64,000 nt of DNA from contig JAKAFB010000001.1 in the NCBI GenBank assembly GCA_021818105.1, forward strand, positions 65,902-129,901, written 5' to 3'. Position 1 is the stretch's first letter. Every line of letters starts with the position of its first letter. The position numbers were made by a program, and so were the translations under genes. The notes beneath the pieces were generated by a model that did no database searches, was not told where the DNA came from, and saw only the letters and a program-made list of their open reading frames with translations. This stretch comes from Acidobacteriota bacterium. Lineage in GTDB: Bacteria > Acidobacteriota > Terriglobia > Terriglobales > Acidobacteriaceae. Positions 28,578 through 38,556 of this stretch are shown piece by piece.

Positions 28578-30623
28578 GTGAGCCTTATGAATTTTCGCGC
28601 GCATCTACAACGCCTCACACATCCACTGATCGAGTATCGAATCCTGCTCTCGTTCGGACTGAGCGCGGCCTGCGGCATAATCCTGAGTAGCCTCTACCCC
28701 ATCAACATCATGAATCCGATGCTGCACCTGATCGCGTTAAAGCAGCCTCTAGTCTTTCATGCGCTGGTCTGGAGCTACGATCTGTTTCTCTACAGCACGC
28801 CGTTCCTGATTCTGTCCACGATATTCTCGCTCGCCTACATCCACATATATAGGAGAGAGTCGGACGAAGCAGCCGGATCACTCCCACCGTACCCCGATCC
28901 GCGATCGAGACAGGACCTGTCTCTGGTCGTCGGCGAGTTGCACCGGCAGCTTGTCCTCAGGCCCAGCCCGGCCCCGCAGTGGCTCACCATACCGGAATGC
29001 GGTCTCTATACCGGGACCTGCATTGTGGGCGCTACCGGATCGGGTAAGACTCTGGCCCTGGTCCTTCCGGCCATGCGCCAGTTGTTCGCCTACTGCGCCA
29101 ACGATTCCGAACGGAAGCTCTCCGGCGTCGTGCTCGAAGTCAAGGGCGATCTCTGCCGCCAGCTCCGGCGCATCCTCAAGTGGTGCGGACGGGAGCAGGA
29201 TTATGTCGAGGTCTCACTGGACGGCAACATCCGCTACAACCCGCTGAACAATTCGCTCGATCCCTACGCCCAGGCGTTCAACATCGCCTCTATCATTACC
29301 AGCATCTGGGGCAAGGGCAAGGAACCCTTCTGGCAGCAGTCCTACACCGATCTCGTCCGGTATGTGATTCTGCTCCACCGCGTCCGCGATGGATACCTGA
29401 CGCTGGTCGACCTCTTCCGCACCGTCATCAGCGCGGGGCGTCTGGAAGAGATGCTGATTGAGGTGGGATCGCGTTTCAGCCGGACGCAGTACATCGGTAT
29501 TGGCAAAAACGCCTACCAGAAATATGAATCCGCGCTGTCGCCGCTCGGATTCGAGTGGAACAAGGATGCGAAGCAGTACCTTGCCGTATGGACCGAGGAG
29601 TTGGAACGGCTGCTCGTTCATGAGACAGATGCTGAGTTCTTCATCTACACCCGGAAGCCATACATGCTGGAGCAATATGACCGCTTCGACAGTGTGCGGT
29701 ACTGGTATTGGGAGCACTGGAAGTTCTTCCGCTCCGAAGTCAAGACCTCGATCATCCAGGGCATTGTGGTCTTCCTGTCGCTATTCGAGACCGATCCTCA
29801 GGTGCGCCGCGTCTTCTGCCCGCCGAAAGAACTCTATGAAGGCAAGCCATGCGCCGGCGATCCCAAAGGCCGCGTCCTGCCGCCGTTCGAGGAACTGATT
29901 GAGATGGGTATGGTCGTCGGCCTGAACTTTCCCGTAGCCCTGAACCCGGCGCTGGCCAAAACCATCGGCACGCTGATGAAGATCGACTACCAGCGTGCGG
30001 TCCTGCTGCGCATCCTAAAGATGGACGCGGAACCGGAGAAGCACTTCCGCCCCACCGTGTTTCTCTGCGACGAATACCAGAACTTCGCCACGGTTGGGGG
30101 CGATAACCCGACTGGCGATGAGAGATTCCTGTCCATCTCACGCCAGCCTAAGTGCGTTCCCATTGTTGCCACGCAAAGCATCTCCAGCCTGAAGGACGCT
30201 CTGCCTAATGAAGGAGTGAAAACACTGCTGCAGGCATTCCGCACCAAGGTATTCCTCACGACCTCCGATCCCGAAACTGCGCGCTACGCATCGGAGCTTT
30301 GCGGCAAGGCGGACCGGACACGGATCAGTTACACCGTCTCCGAGTCCTCGACCAACGCCAACGTTGGCTGGCTTTCCGGCCGCACCGCATCGAGCAAAGG
30401 CTCCGTCTCGGCTTCCAAGCAGTACCAGAAACACAAAGAGCCGCTCTTCGAGGAAAAGGTCTTCTTCGATCTCAAAAATGCTCAGGCGGTCGTGGTTGCC
30501 TTCGATGGCGTCGCCCCGTTGCTTCCGACCTACTGCTATCTCAAGCCCTATTTCCTGCCCGTCACCATGACCTGGTTCGAGCAGGAGCGGATCGGCTTCG
30601 ATCCCCGGAGGATACCTGCGTGA
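28578..30623 (+). CDS. virD4: Type IV coupling protein (VirD4/TraD/TrwB family)
   Basis: Two N-terminal TMs, Walker A GATGSGKT, VLEVKGD, Walker B LCDEYQNF, SRQ...IVATQS. Confidence 0.9.
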   Translation: MSLMNFRAHLQRLTHPLIEYRILLSFGLSAACGIILSSLYPINIMNPMLHLIALKQPLVFHALVWSYDLFLYSTPFLILSTIFSLAYIHIYRRESDEAAGSLPPYPDPRSRQDLSLVVGELHRQLVLRPSPAPQWLTIPECGLYTGTCIVGATGSGKTLALVLPAMRQLFAYCANDSERKLSGVVLEVKGDLCRQLRRILKWCGREQDYVEVSLDGNIRYNPLNNSLDPYAQAFNIASIITSIWGKGKEPFWQQSYTDLVRYVILLHRVRDGYLTLVDLFRTVISAGRLEEMLIEVGSRFSRTQYIGIGKNAYQKYESALSPLGFEWNKDAKQYLAVWTEELERLLVHETDAEFFIYTRKPYMLEQYDRFDSVRYWYWEHWKFFRSEVKTSIIQGIVVFLSLFETDPQVRRVFCPPKELYEGKPCAGDPKGRVLPPFEELIEMGMVVGLNFPVALNPALAKTIGTLMKIDYQRAVLLRILKMDAEPEKHFRPTVFLCDEYQNFATVGGDNPTGDERFLSISRQPKCVPIVATQSISSLKDALPNEGVKTLLQAFRTKVFLTTSDPETARYASELCGKADRTRISYTVSESSTNANVGWLSGRTASSKGSVSASKQYQKHKEPLFEEKVFFDLKNAQAVVVAFDGVAPLLPTYCYLKPYFLPVTMTWFEQERIGFDPRRIPA

Positions 30624-31525
30624 GTTTTGAAATCATCATCCCGTTTCTGAAACCCATCGAGTCTTTGCTGTTGGATCAGACCATCTCCGAAATCATGGTC
30701 AATCCCGATAATTCCGTCTGGATCGAAGAGGCGGGCCGTATCAAGGCTATGCCGGATATTCGCTTCGAGGAAGACGCGCTCGCCACTGGCCTGGAAGTAA
30801 TTGCCAACAAGTTCGGCAAGAAGCTCGATGCCGATTCGCCCATTCTGAACCTGCGTCTGCCCGATGGCAGCCGCATGGCCGCGCTCATACCACCTGTCGT
30901 CAATCCCTATCCTCTGCTGACCATTCGTAAGTTCACTTCACGGAACTTCAACATCGAGGATCTGATCGAGCGTAGAACATTGACAGAATCACAGGCGGAG
31001 ACTTTAGCTGCTGCCGTGCAACGTGGCGACAACCTTTTGATCTCCGGTGCCACGAGCTCAGGCAAGACAACACTCGCGAACGTGCTGGCCGGTTGCATCC
31101 CCGACAGCGAGCGTATCCTGATTCTCGAAGATGTAGCGGAGCTCCATATCAGGAAACCACACGTCATCTCCGCCGAGGCGCAGCTCGACACTCACAAGAA
31201 CCAGATTGGATTCGCCGACCTGCTCAAGGCTGCTTTGCGCCATAGGCCTGACAGGATCATCGTGGGCGAGATTCGCGGACCGGAAGCGAGGGTCTTTCTT
31301 GACGCCCTCAATACTGGACACCGTGGTTCGTTGACGACCATCCATGCCAACAGCGCTGAGGATGCATTACGCCGCCTAGCGCAGCTTGCCATACGCGGTT
31401 CAGGCGGGGTCTCCCTGCTCGACGCTGAAGACGAATGCAGAAGATCCATCGATATGGTCGCGCACGTCACGAACCAGGATGGGTGGCGTCACATCACAGA
31501 AATCAGGATGGTAGCTATCGGGTAG
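30620..31525 (+). CDS. virB11: VirB11/TrbB/CpaF secretion ATPase
   Basis: EIMVNPD, GATSSGKTT, LEDVAEL, LRHRPDRIIVGEIRG, GHRGSLTTIHA; GTGA overlap. Confidence 0.92.
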   Translation: MSFEIIIPFLKPIESLLLDQTISEIMVNPDNSVWIEEAGRIKAMPDIRFEEDALATGLEVIANKFGKKLDADSPILNLRLPDGSRMAALIPPVVNPYPLLTIRKFTSRNFNIEDLIERRTLTESQAETLAAAVQRGDNLLISGATSSGKTTLANVLAGCIPDSERILILEDVAELHIRKPHVISAEAQLDTHKNQIGFADLLKAALRHRPDRIIVGEIRGPEARVFLDALNTGHRGSLTTIHANSAEDALRRLAQLAIRGSGGVSLLDAEDECRRSIDMVAHVTNQDGWRHITEIRMVAIG

Positions 31526-31527
31526 AC

Positions 31528-32157
31528 CTATTGCCCGGCAACATCCCAGCCCGCATTGGTCAACTGCAAATCCGCGGTCTCCTCGGTTTTTGAGATGCCG
31601 CCGACAGTCGTCCGGATATCACCAAATGCCCGTTGCACGTCGGCGTGTGTGGCCCAGGGTGCCAGATCCGCAATCTTATAGGTATAGGTGACCTCGCTTT
31701 GCGTATACGGTCCTGTCGCTGCTGGTCCCGACCACCTGACGATGGAATCAACACTCTCATCTCCATAGCAGAAAGCGCTGCTCTGACCCCAAACACCGGG
31801 TTTCATCTGGAAGTATTGTCTTCCCTCATCCGTCAGCTCATAACGTCTCACCGATCGTGGCGCCGATGCTCCCAGAGCGCCCATCATCCCCTGGATCACC
31901 GCTTTCGTGTTGTTCCCACGCACCAGGCCGGCTTGTTCCAGCGCCGCCATCTGCGGTGCAGCGCCGTATTGGTCCTTCAACCCGGACGTGGGAATATCCA
32001 TCGGAAACGTCTGCGCGAAGTACGTGCATGCCTGGCCGTGTTTGGCAAGATACCGATTGATCGCGGTCGTGAAATTGGCGGCGTTCGGCTTCCTTGTGTC
32101 ATTGCAACCGCCGAGTATCAAGAAAACCGCTACCAGAAACACGATGGACGTGCGCAT
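31528..32157 (-). CDS. Hypothetical lipoprotein
   Basis: MRTSIVFLVAVFLILGGC lipobox; GGAGG RBS. Confidence 0.75.
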   Translation of the reverse strand: MRTSIVFLVAVFLILGGCNDTRKPNAANFTTAINRYLAKHGQACTYFAQTFPMDIPTSGLKDQYGAAPQMAALEQAGLVRGNNTKAVIQGMMGALGASAPRSVRRYELTDEGRQYFQMKPGVWGQSSAFCYGDESVDSIVRWSGPAATGPYTQSEVTYTYKIADLAPWATHADVQRAFGDIRTTVGGISKTEETADLQLTNAGWDVAGQ

Positions 32158-32197
32158 ATCTGCCTCCAATCGATCACGACCACTCGACTGCCCGCAT

Positions 32198-33145
32198 TCA
32201 GACGAACCCGCGGCTGGGACTAAGCGTCGTTTTCTGCCGCTCACTTCTGAGCCTTTCCGTCTTTACCCAAAGCAGATTCTGAAAATCATTGACCGCCTGA
32301 GTACGATTGTCTCGTCGCACGAAGATCCCACTCTTCATCGTCAGCAGCTTGTCCGCCAGCGACCGGAACGCAATCCCATCCCGTGTCAGATGCGACCAGC
32401 CACTGCTCACTATTGCAATGCCCTTGCCAGCCACCGCCATGTGGATGGCTTCGTGGAAGCTGAAGGGCTGCGCAATCACGTTCAGTTCGATACCGAGAAC
32501 TTCGAAGTAGGCATTGATTTCTTTGCGGACTTCGGGCAGTGCGTGTTCCGAGACACCGATCAGCGGCTCCCGATCGAGATCCTGTGGAGAGATACTGTCA
32601 CGGCGAAAGAGACGGTGCCGCGCCGGAATGCACAGCATCACGTCTTCATCCAACAGTTCTCGGGTTTCAAGGTCCGAGTAGTTGATGGGAAGATAGCCTA
32701 CTCCTGCCTGATACTGACCTTCCAACACACCCCGGACAATGCCTATCGTGTGCAGGCTGGTCAGCCTCAGGACTGGGTCACCGGGCCGCTCGAAATGAAG
32801 GTCAGAGACAATCCTGAGCAACTCGGGGCAGAGAAACGACGAATAGGCGACATCAAGAAAGCCTATCTGGCGCCGGGCTACGTTGCGTGCCCGCTGTACC
32901 GCCCGATCGAAGCGATCGACGGAGTGAAGGATCTCCTCAACGAATCCTTTTCCGGCTTCTGTCAAGCGCGAACCTCCGTGCCAGATATAGAAGAGCCTCA
33001 CACCCAATGTACTTTCAACATGATGTATCCTGCGGCTCACCGCCGGCTGGGTCATGTGCAGGCGCGACGCTGCGCGGCTCTCGCTTCCTTCCTGTGCCAC
33101 CGCAATGACGCATTTCAGATCGTAGATGGTCACGTCGTCCGACAT
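32198..33145 (-). CDS. LysR family transcriptional regulator
   Basis: AASRLHMTQPAVSRRI, LTEAG, substrate-binding domain. Confidence 0.92.
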   Translation of the reverse strand: MSDDVTIYDLKCVIAVAQEGSESRAASRLHMTQPAVSRRIHHVESTLGVRLFYIWHGGSRLTEAGKGFVEEILHSVDRFDRAVQRARNVARRQIGFLDVAYSSFLCPELLRIVSDLHFERPGDPVLRLTSLHTIGIVRGVLEGQYQAGVGYLPINYSDLETRELLDEDVMLCIPARHRLFRRDSISPQDLDREPLIGVSEHALPEVRKEINAYFEVLGIELNVIAQPFSFHEAIHMAVAGKGIAIVSSGWSHLTRDGIAFRSLADKLLTMKSGIFVRRDNRTQAVNDFQNLLWVKTERLRSERQKTTLSPSRGFV

Positions 33146-33442
33146 TTCTGCCCCAATGAACAAAAAAGCAAAGCCAAGAAGACATACTCGCATTTCCGAT
33201 CCCCTATGCCTGAATCCTATGGCCTTGTCGTTGACCGACGTGAGCTGAGGATTGGGTACACGGCTGCGCGTTCTTCACGCTACATAAAACTGCAGGATAA
33301 ACTCCAGTAAGATACCGCATGGAATCTTCACCAATATGGGGACGATTCCCTTTTAAGACGCCCTTGACAAGCCTCCAAGGCGCGCAACACTTCGCAGTGA
33401 GGTGGAATGAAGAGCAGGCCAGCCGCGGTACCGAAATATGCT

Positions 33443-34663
33443 TTACTGGAAGAGCTTCAAATCGACAGCGTCGCTCATGGCTTTGTAGCCTGCCGCATTG
33501 GGATGCAGATGATCGCCGTGGTCGTACTGATGAAGATATTGTGTGGGCTTTTGGGGATCCTGCATTTTTCTATCCAAGTCAATCACCGCATCGAAGACGC
33601 CGGAGGTACGAATCCACTGGTTGACGGCTTCGCGAATCTTCTCACCCTTCGGGGAGTAATATCCTGCACCGGCGAAAGGCATGATGGTGGCGCCGTAGAT
33701 GACGATCCCTGCGGCATGCGCCCGGTCTACTATCTGGGTAAAGGCTGTTTCCAATTCGTGAGCAGTTATCTCGGCTACGGGCGGTTTGACGAGATGACCT
33801 ATATCGTTAGTTCCCTCAAGTATCACCAGGAACTTTACGCCAGATTGCGAGAGCACGTCACGGTCAAATCGCGAGAGCGCGTTGGGGCCATATCGATCGT
33901 TCAGGATGCGATTGCCTCCGATACCTTCGTTCAGCACGCTAAGGTCCGAGGTTGCCTTGTTTTTTTGCAGCCTTTCAGCGAGGAAGTCCGTCCAGCGGCG
34001 GTTGGTATTGATGCCGGAGTAAGCGCCGTCTGTAATTGAGTCCCCAAGGACGATGATTGCACCTGCCTTCAGATCGCTACGTTGAACATCGAAGCCATCT
34101 AAGAAGTACCACGAATCGACCTCGGTTGCGCCACTAAGATTTAGTGATGCTGTTCCATTGCCAGCTGCCATGAAATTCGTTTGATTGGCCTCGTCGTGGA
34201 AGGTTGCATTGCGAATGTACTGGCAAGGAAGGTAGATACTGACTGCGACATTGGAGAGAGGCGGCAAGTTGAGCTGTACGGGATCGCTAAGCATGATGGC
34301 GCCCGCCGGAATGCGGATACTCATATTGCCCTGAAAAGTGAGTGGGTGATCAGTTCCGGCCTGTATAGCGTTTCCTCCGGCGCTGAGGGCAACATGAGCC
34401 TCGGCAATCGCGAGTGGAGCTGTGCCGAACTCGTTCGTGAAGCGGACTCGAATGCGATCTCCACCGAGAGAAACGTGCACGATCTCTCGCAACGTGACAT
34501 TACAAAATACCTGCTGATCGTCGTCCAGTGGAGTCATCGGCGCGGCAGCCCAGGTGCCGACCCAATCTGACAGGTTGGATTTCTGAGCGAAGGCAGGGTG
34601 GTGCATGGCGAAGAGACAGCAACCACCGAGCACCGCCCATGTTATCCAGGCGTTCTTTTTCAT
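33443..34663 (-). CDS. Secreted SGNH/GDSL hydrolase (esterase)
   Basis: Signal peptide, GDSITDG, NEGIGGN, EGTND, DHLHP. Confidence 0.9.
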   Translation of the reverse strand: MKKNAWITWAVLGGCCLFAMHHPAFAQKSNLSDWVGTWAAAPMTPLDDDQQVFCNVTLREIVHVSLGGDRIRVRFTNEFGTAPLAIAEAHVALSAGGNAIQAGTDHPLTFQGNMSIRIPAGAIMLSDPVQLNLPPLSNVAVSIYLPCQYIRNATFHDEANQTNFMAAGNGTASLNLSGATEVDSWYFLDGFDVQRSDLKAGAIIVLGDSITDGAYSGINTNRRWTDFLAERLQKNKATSDLSVLNEGIGGNRILNDRYGPNALSRFDRDVLSQSGVKFLVILEGTNDIGHLVKPPVAEITAHELETAFTQIVDRAHAAGIVIYGATIMPFAGAGYYSPKGEKIREAVNQWIRTSGVFDAVIDLDRKMQDPQKPTQYLHQYDHGDHLHPNAAGYKAMSDAVDLKLFQ

Positions 34664-34701
34664 AGCATGTCGCTCCTCCGGTCCCAGGAAAATGCAACAG
34701 G

Positions 34702-35859
34702 TTAGCGAGAGCTTCCGAGGATGCCAGGGTACCAGTGAACTGCGTTGTCATGATAAAGCTTGCGCAGGATCTCGGGGGGAAGATCCAACCCTTGCACTTT
34801 GCCGTGGCTATGTTCTTCGATGAGGTAATCGTCGGTTGCTAGGAATCGCCAGTCGTTTGCGTATGCCAGCTCCCAGTCCGAGAGCGCGTCCCTTGCGTCA
34901 TCATCCTGGAAGAGGCTATTATCTGTCCCGTAGATGAGCCGGTCCTGATACTTGACGATGAACGCAATGGCCTGGGCGCGAGGCAGCTGCATTAAATAGG
35001 GCATACGAGCAGCAAGATCCACGGCGAAATTAGGGAATTGGTCAAAATGACGGGCTAACTGCTGGAAATTGCCTTCCATGCTGCCAAGGTGCGCTCCGAC
35101 AACACGAAGGTTCGGATTGTGCTCCAGGATGCGATCGCGCGCAGGAAGAATGTCTGGCTTTGAGGGAGCGTGCGGATTCCTGTACATGTACCACTCTGGA
35201 TGGTGCATGTAATAGGGGTAGTCCGGGGCGGAAGGGTTTGGCGGCTGCCACATCGTATCAGGATCCGCAACGTGCGCAAGCAGTGTCTTATGATGCGCCG
35301 CGATATCTTTGTAGATCGGATCGAAGACAGGATCGTCGGGAAGGATATAGTGTCCTTTCACATCCTTGATTTCTTCGCCAACATTTTTCCATATCTTGAC
35401 GGCGACCGCGCCACGATAGAAGTCGCGATTGAGCTGGCGAATTGCCGCGGGAATGAAGTCCTTTCGGCCAAACCGATAGGGATCGAAGGTGGTGCATAGT
35501 GCTACGCGCCCATCGCTTTTGGCGATGACGGATTCGGTGTCCTTGAACTCTTGGGCAAGGTTGTTCTGATCGGCATCCTTGCTGTGATCGTCGACAATCA
35601 GCACGTCCAGGATGTGTAGATTGAGTTTGCGCAGCAGGGCGAAGAATGCAGGGTCTCTGGGAGCATACGCATGAGTGTGCGCATCAATTGGATCAAGCGC
35701 TACGAATTGCCTTAGTTCGCTGCTGGAAAATGGGCCGCCGATGGGAACAGCATGGCTGGACAGCGCCGGAGGCAAAGTTGAATTCACCGGATGATTTCCG
35801 CATGCGGATGTTGACGCGATCAGTGCAGAAGCTAAGATACGTGAGAGGATTCTGGACAT
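34702..35859 (-). CDS. Amidohydrolase family protein (possible lipoprotein)
   Basis: IDAHTH, AVKIWK, HVADP, VVGAHLG, LIYGTD; signal ending SAC. Confidence 0.85.
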   Translation of the reverse strand: MSRILSRILASALIASTSACGNHPVNSTLPPALSSHAVPIGGPFSSSELRQFVALDPIDAHTHAYAPRDPAFFALLRKLNLHILDVLIVDDHSKDADQNNLAQEFKDTESVIAKSDGRVALCTTFDPYRFGRKDFIPAAIRQLNRDFYRGAVAVKIWKNVGEEIKDVKGHYILPDDPVFDPIYKDIAAHHKTLLAHVADPDTMWQPPNPSAPDYPYYMHHPEWYMYRNPHAPSKPDILPARDRILEHNPNLRVVGAHLGSMEGNFQQLARHFDQFPNFAVDLAARMPYLMQLPRAQAIAFIVKYQDRLIYGTDNSLFQDDDARDALSDWELAYANDWRFLATDDYLIEEHSHGKVQGLDLPPEILRKLYHDNAVHWYPGILGSSR

Positions 35860-36079
35860 AACTCACCTCGCGGCATGGAGCCGCATGAAGACATTTCTCC
35901 TGTGGGAACAGCCGTTTGCAACTGCTGAGTGAAGTGACGATTCCAAGAGAAAATCACTACCTCGCGCCACGGATTGCGGGGCGCGGCAGTGCTTGGGCAG
36001 CGCGGATTTTTAAGCGATGAGTGCATCAGTGATCGCAAGTCGTGCAATCTCGCCGGGAACGGCATTGAAAGCGATGAAG

Positions 36080-37513
36080 CTAAACGGGCTGGTCCACAAT
36101 GGTTTCGTTATGCGGATTCCAATAGAGCCTCTTTCCGGTTCTGTAGGACTCGGCCGCCATAATGCACACAATTGAATGTGAGAATCCATGATCGACTGTT
36201 GCGCCCGGCTCCTTGCGGTCGCGCATGGCATACAACCAGTTCAGCAAGTGCCCGGCGTCATCGTCGCCCGGTCCAAGTGAATCGGGAAGAGGCGCACCGG
36301 GTACTTCTACCGTTGTTTCACTTTCTCGTGCAGGAGGGACGATTGGGACTTTGGTGTAGACCGGTCCGGAATCGTTGGGATCGTATTCTTTTCTTCCGCC
36401 TTCATCAGAGACAGTGAAGAGAGATGCACCTTCTCCTCCATAGTTCATGATCGTTCCATTGCGACCCTGAATTCGCGAGAAGCTGCGGTAGCTATTCCCG
36501 AAGGTGGTCTTGTAGGTGTAGAGGAAGCCCTTGGGATAGGTGATGGCCGCAACGCAGGTGTCGGGATTTTCACGCCCGTCGTCCCATATATAGATGCCCC
36601 CGTTCGCTGTGACGCTTTCCGGATAGGACTCCTCCGTCCACAGATGCACCATGTCGCAACCGTGGCTAAGCCATTGATCGAAGATACCAGACGAAAAGTC
36701 CTTATAAAGGCGGAATTCGAGGTAGACATGTGGATCGAAGGGGCGAAAGGGCTTGCCCAGCAGCCACCGCTTCCAATCCGTATCTTCCTCCTTGAGCAGC
36801 GACTTGCGCCCATAGAGCCAGCTCTTCCATTCCATTGATTCATCCATGAGCATCTGCGGGGAGATGCCGGTATCGGATTCGACAAAGCGCCAACGCTCCT
36901 CGTTCACATTCCATTCCTGCTCGATGTGGACAACTTTGCCTATCCTCCCTGAGCGAATGATCTCGCCGACTTTGAGAATGTACGGTTCGGTGCGGTGCTG
37001 GGTTCCCATCTGCACAACCTGCTTGGATGCCTTGACCACATCGCGCGCTTGTTTGGCCTCACCAAGGACATTGGCAAAGGGCTTTTCCACGTAGCAGTCT
37101 TTGCCGGCTTGCACCACGTCGATACACAATTTGGCGTGCTGGAAATCGCCGGTTGCGATCATGACGCCGTCAATGTCCTTGCGCGCCAGCATATCTTCCA
37201 AGTACTGATAACTCTGCGGTTCGAGGTTAAATGCTTTCTTCACCTGAGCTGCGCGCCGTTCCCGTGCAAGGCTCCAGATATCACAGACCGCAACTGTTTC
37301 CACGGGACATGTTCGGGAGGCCAATTGCACCATGTGTACATGGCCTTCGCTGCGCTGTCCACAGCCTAGCTGTCCAATCCGGATCCGATCATTGGCACCC
37401 AATACGCGCGCGTAAGACCGTGCATCCATGCTTGCCGCCAAAAGTGCGCCGCCGGCCTGTTTTACGAAGGTGCGGCGGTCGAATCCATCTTTTACGCATG
37501 GTTGACTGTTCAT
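36080..37513 (-). CDS. Gfo/Idh/MocA oxidoreductase with Tat-like signal
   Basis: DRRTFVK, IRIGQLGCG, CYVEKP, QMGTQHR. Confidence 0.9.
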   Translation of the reverse strand: MNSQPCVKDGFDRRTFVKQAGGALLAASMDARSYARVLGANDRIRIGQLGCGQRSEGHVHMVQLASRTCPVETVAVCDIWSLARERRAAQVKKAFNLEPQSYQYLEDMLARKDIDGVMIATGDFQHAKLCIDVVQAGKDCYVEKPFANVLGEAKQARDVVKASKQVVQMGTQHRTEPYILKVGEIIRSGRIGKVVHIEQEWNVNEERWRFVESDTGISPQMLMDESMEWKSWLYGRKSLLKEEDTDWKRWLLGKPFRPFDPHVYLEFRLYKDFSSGIFDQWLSHGCDMVHLWTEESYPESVTANGGIYIWDDGRENPDTCVAAITYPKGFLYTYKTTFGNSYRSFSRIQGRNGTIMNYGGEGASLFTVSDEGGRKEYDPNDSGPVYTKVPIVPPARESETTVEVPGAPLPDSLGPGDDDAGHLLNWLYAMRDRKEPGATVDHGFSHSIVCIMAAESYRTGKRLYWNPHNETIVDQPV

Positions 37514-37557
37514 CGATTTCTCCTTGATGCAGGCGCAGAGCGCCAGCCCGCGAGCCT

Positions 37558-38346
37558 TTACCAATCGGCCAACTCCGAGGACGATTCCGTGTCGAGGTAG
37601 ACGGTGGCGTCAGGATGGTTTCTGAGAATTGTTGCTGGGCACGACGACGAGACTGGAGCCTCCAGCATTTGCCGGACGATTGCGGCCTTGCGACGCCCAG
37701 GGACAGAGACGACGAGTTTTGGGACGCGGAGGATGGTGGGAATGGTCAGGGTCAGCGCTTTCCGGGGAACCTCGTCCAGGGTGCTGAACCAACCTTCCTG
37801 GAGTTGCTGTTCACGGCAAACGGCATCAAGCTGGACAACCTTAATATCCTTAGGATCGGCGAAATCTGCTTCCCCCGGATCATTAAAAGCCAGGTGGCCG
37901 TTCTCGCCAACTCCAAGAAGGCAAATGTGAGGATCACTTGCGCGGAGCTGCTCGGAGTAATCGCGGCACGCTTTGTCCAAGTCGGCAGCGGTGCCGTTGA
38001 TCTCATGAAATTCCTTGAGGTGGACGCGGCCAAGAAGATGTTTACGGAGGTAGCTACGGAACGAGGCTCTATGGTCAATGGGAAGAGCTACATATTCGTC
38101 TAGATGAAATCCCACCACGCGGTCCCAAGGCATATTCGGCTGCGAGGTCAACTTCTCAAGCATGAGGAGCTGGGAGACGCCGGTCGCGAAGATGACGCCG
38201 ATGTCATTGGGTTGATGGCTCAGCGCGCGCAGAGACTCGGCCGTCGCGTTTGCCGCGGCGAGTCCAGCGGCCTGAGCGCTTAGATAGATTTCCAGTTTCA
38301 GCCTTCCTACCTGAAGGCACCGAACATTCGTGCTTTGCGATGTCAT
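37558..38346 (-). CDS. nagB: Glucosamine-6-phosphate deaminase family
   Basis: FATGVSQ, FHLDEY, LGVGENGHLAFNDP. Confidence 0.85.
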   Translation of the reverse strand: MTSQSTNVRCLQVGRLKLEIYLSAQAAGLAAANATAESLRALSHQPNDIGVIFATGVSQLLMLEKLTSQPNMPWDRVVGFHLDEYVALPIDHRASFRSYLRKHLLGRVHLKEFHEINGTAADLDKACRDYSEQLRASDPHICLLGVGENGHLAFNDPGEADFADPKDIKVVQLDAVCREQQLQEGWFSTLDEVPRKALTLTIPTILRVPKLVVSVPGRRKAAIVRQMLEAPVSSSCPATILRNHPDATVYLDTESSSELADW

Positions 38347-38556
38347 GATCCCCTTCTTCACACAAGATCAAGAGCGTTTTTGAGCGCAAGCCAATCCTGC
38401 CGCTCTTGAGGGCAGCAATCCGCTTGGGATGCAGCGATAGCACATCACGGACAGAAATTGAACTTGTAAAAGAACCGACTACCGGCCCTTATCCGGTGAA
38501 CTGTCGGGTTGAGCTAAGTGGTCGCGCATGCAGGCAACACACGCTTTGCCATGCGG

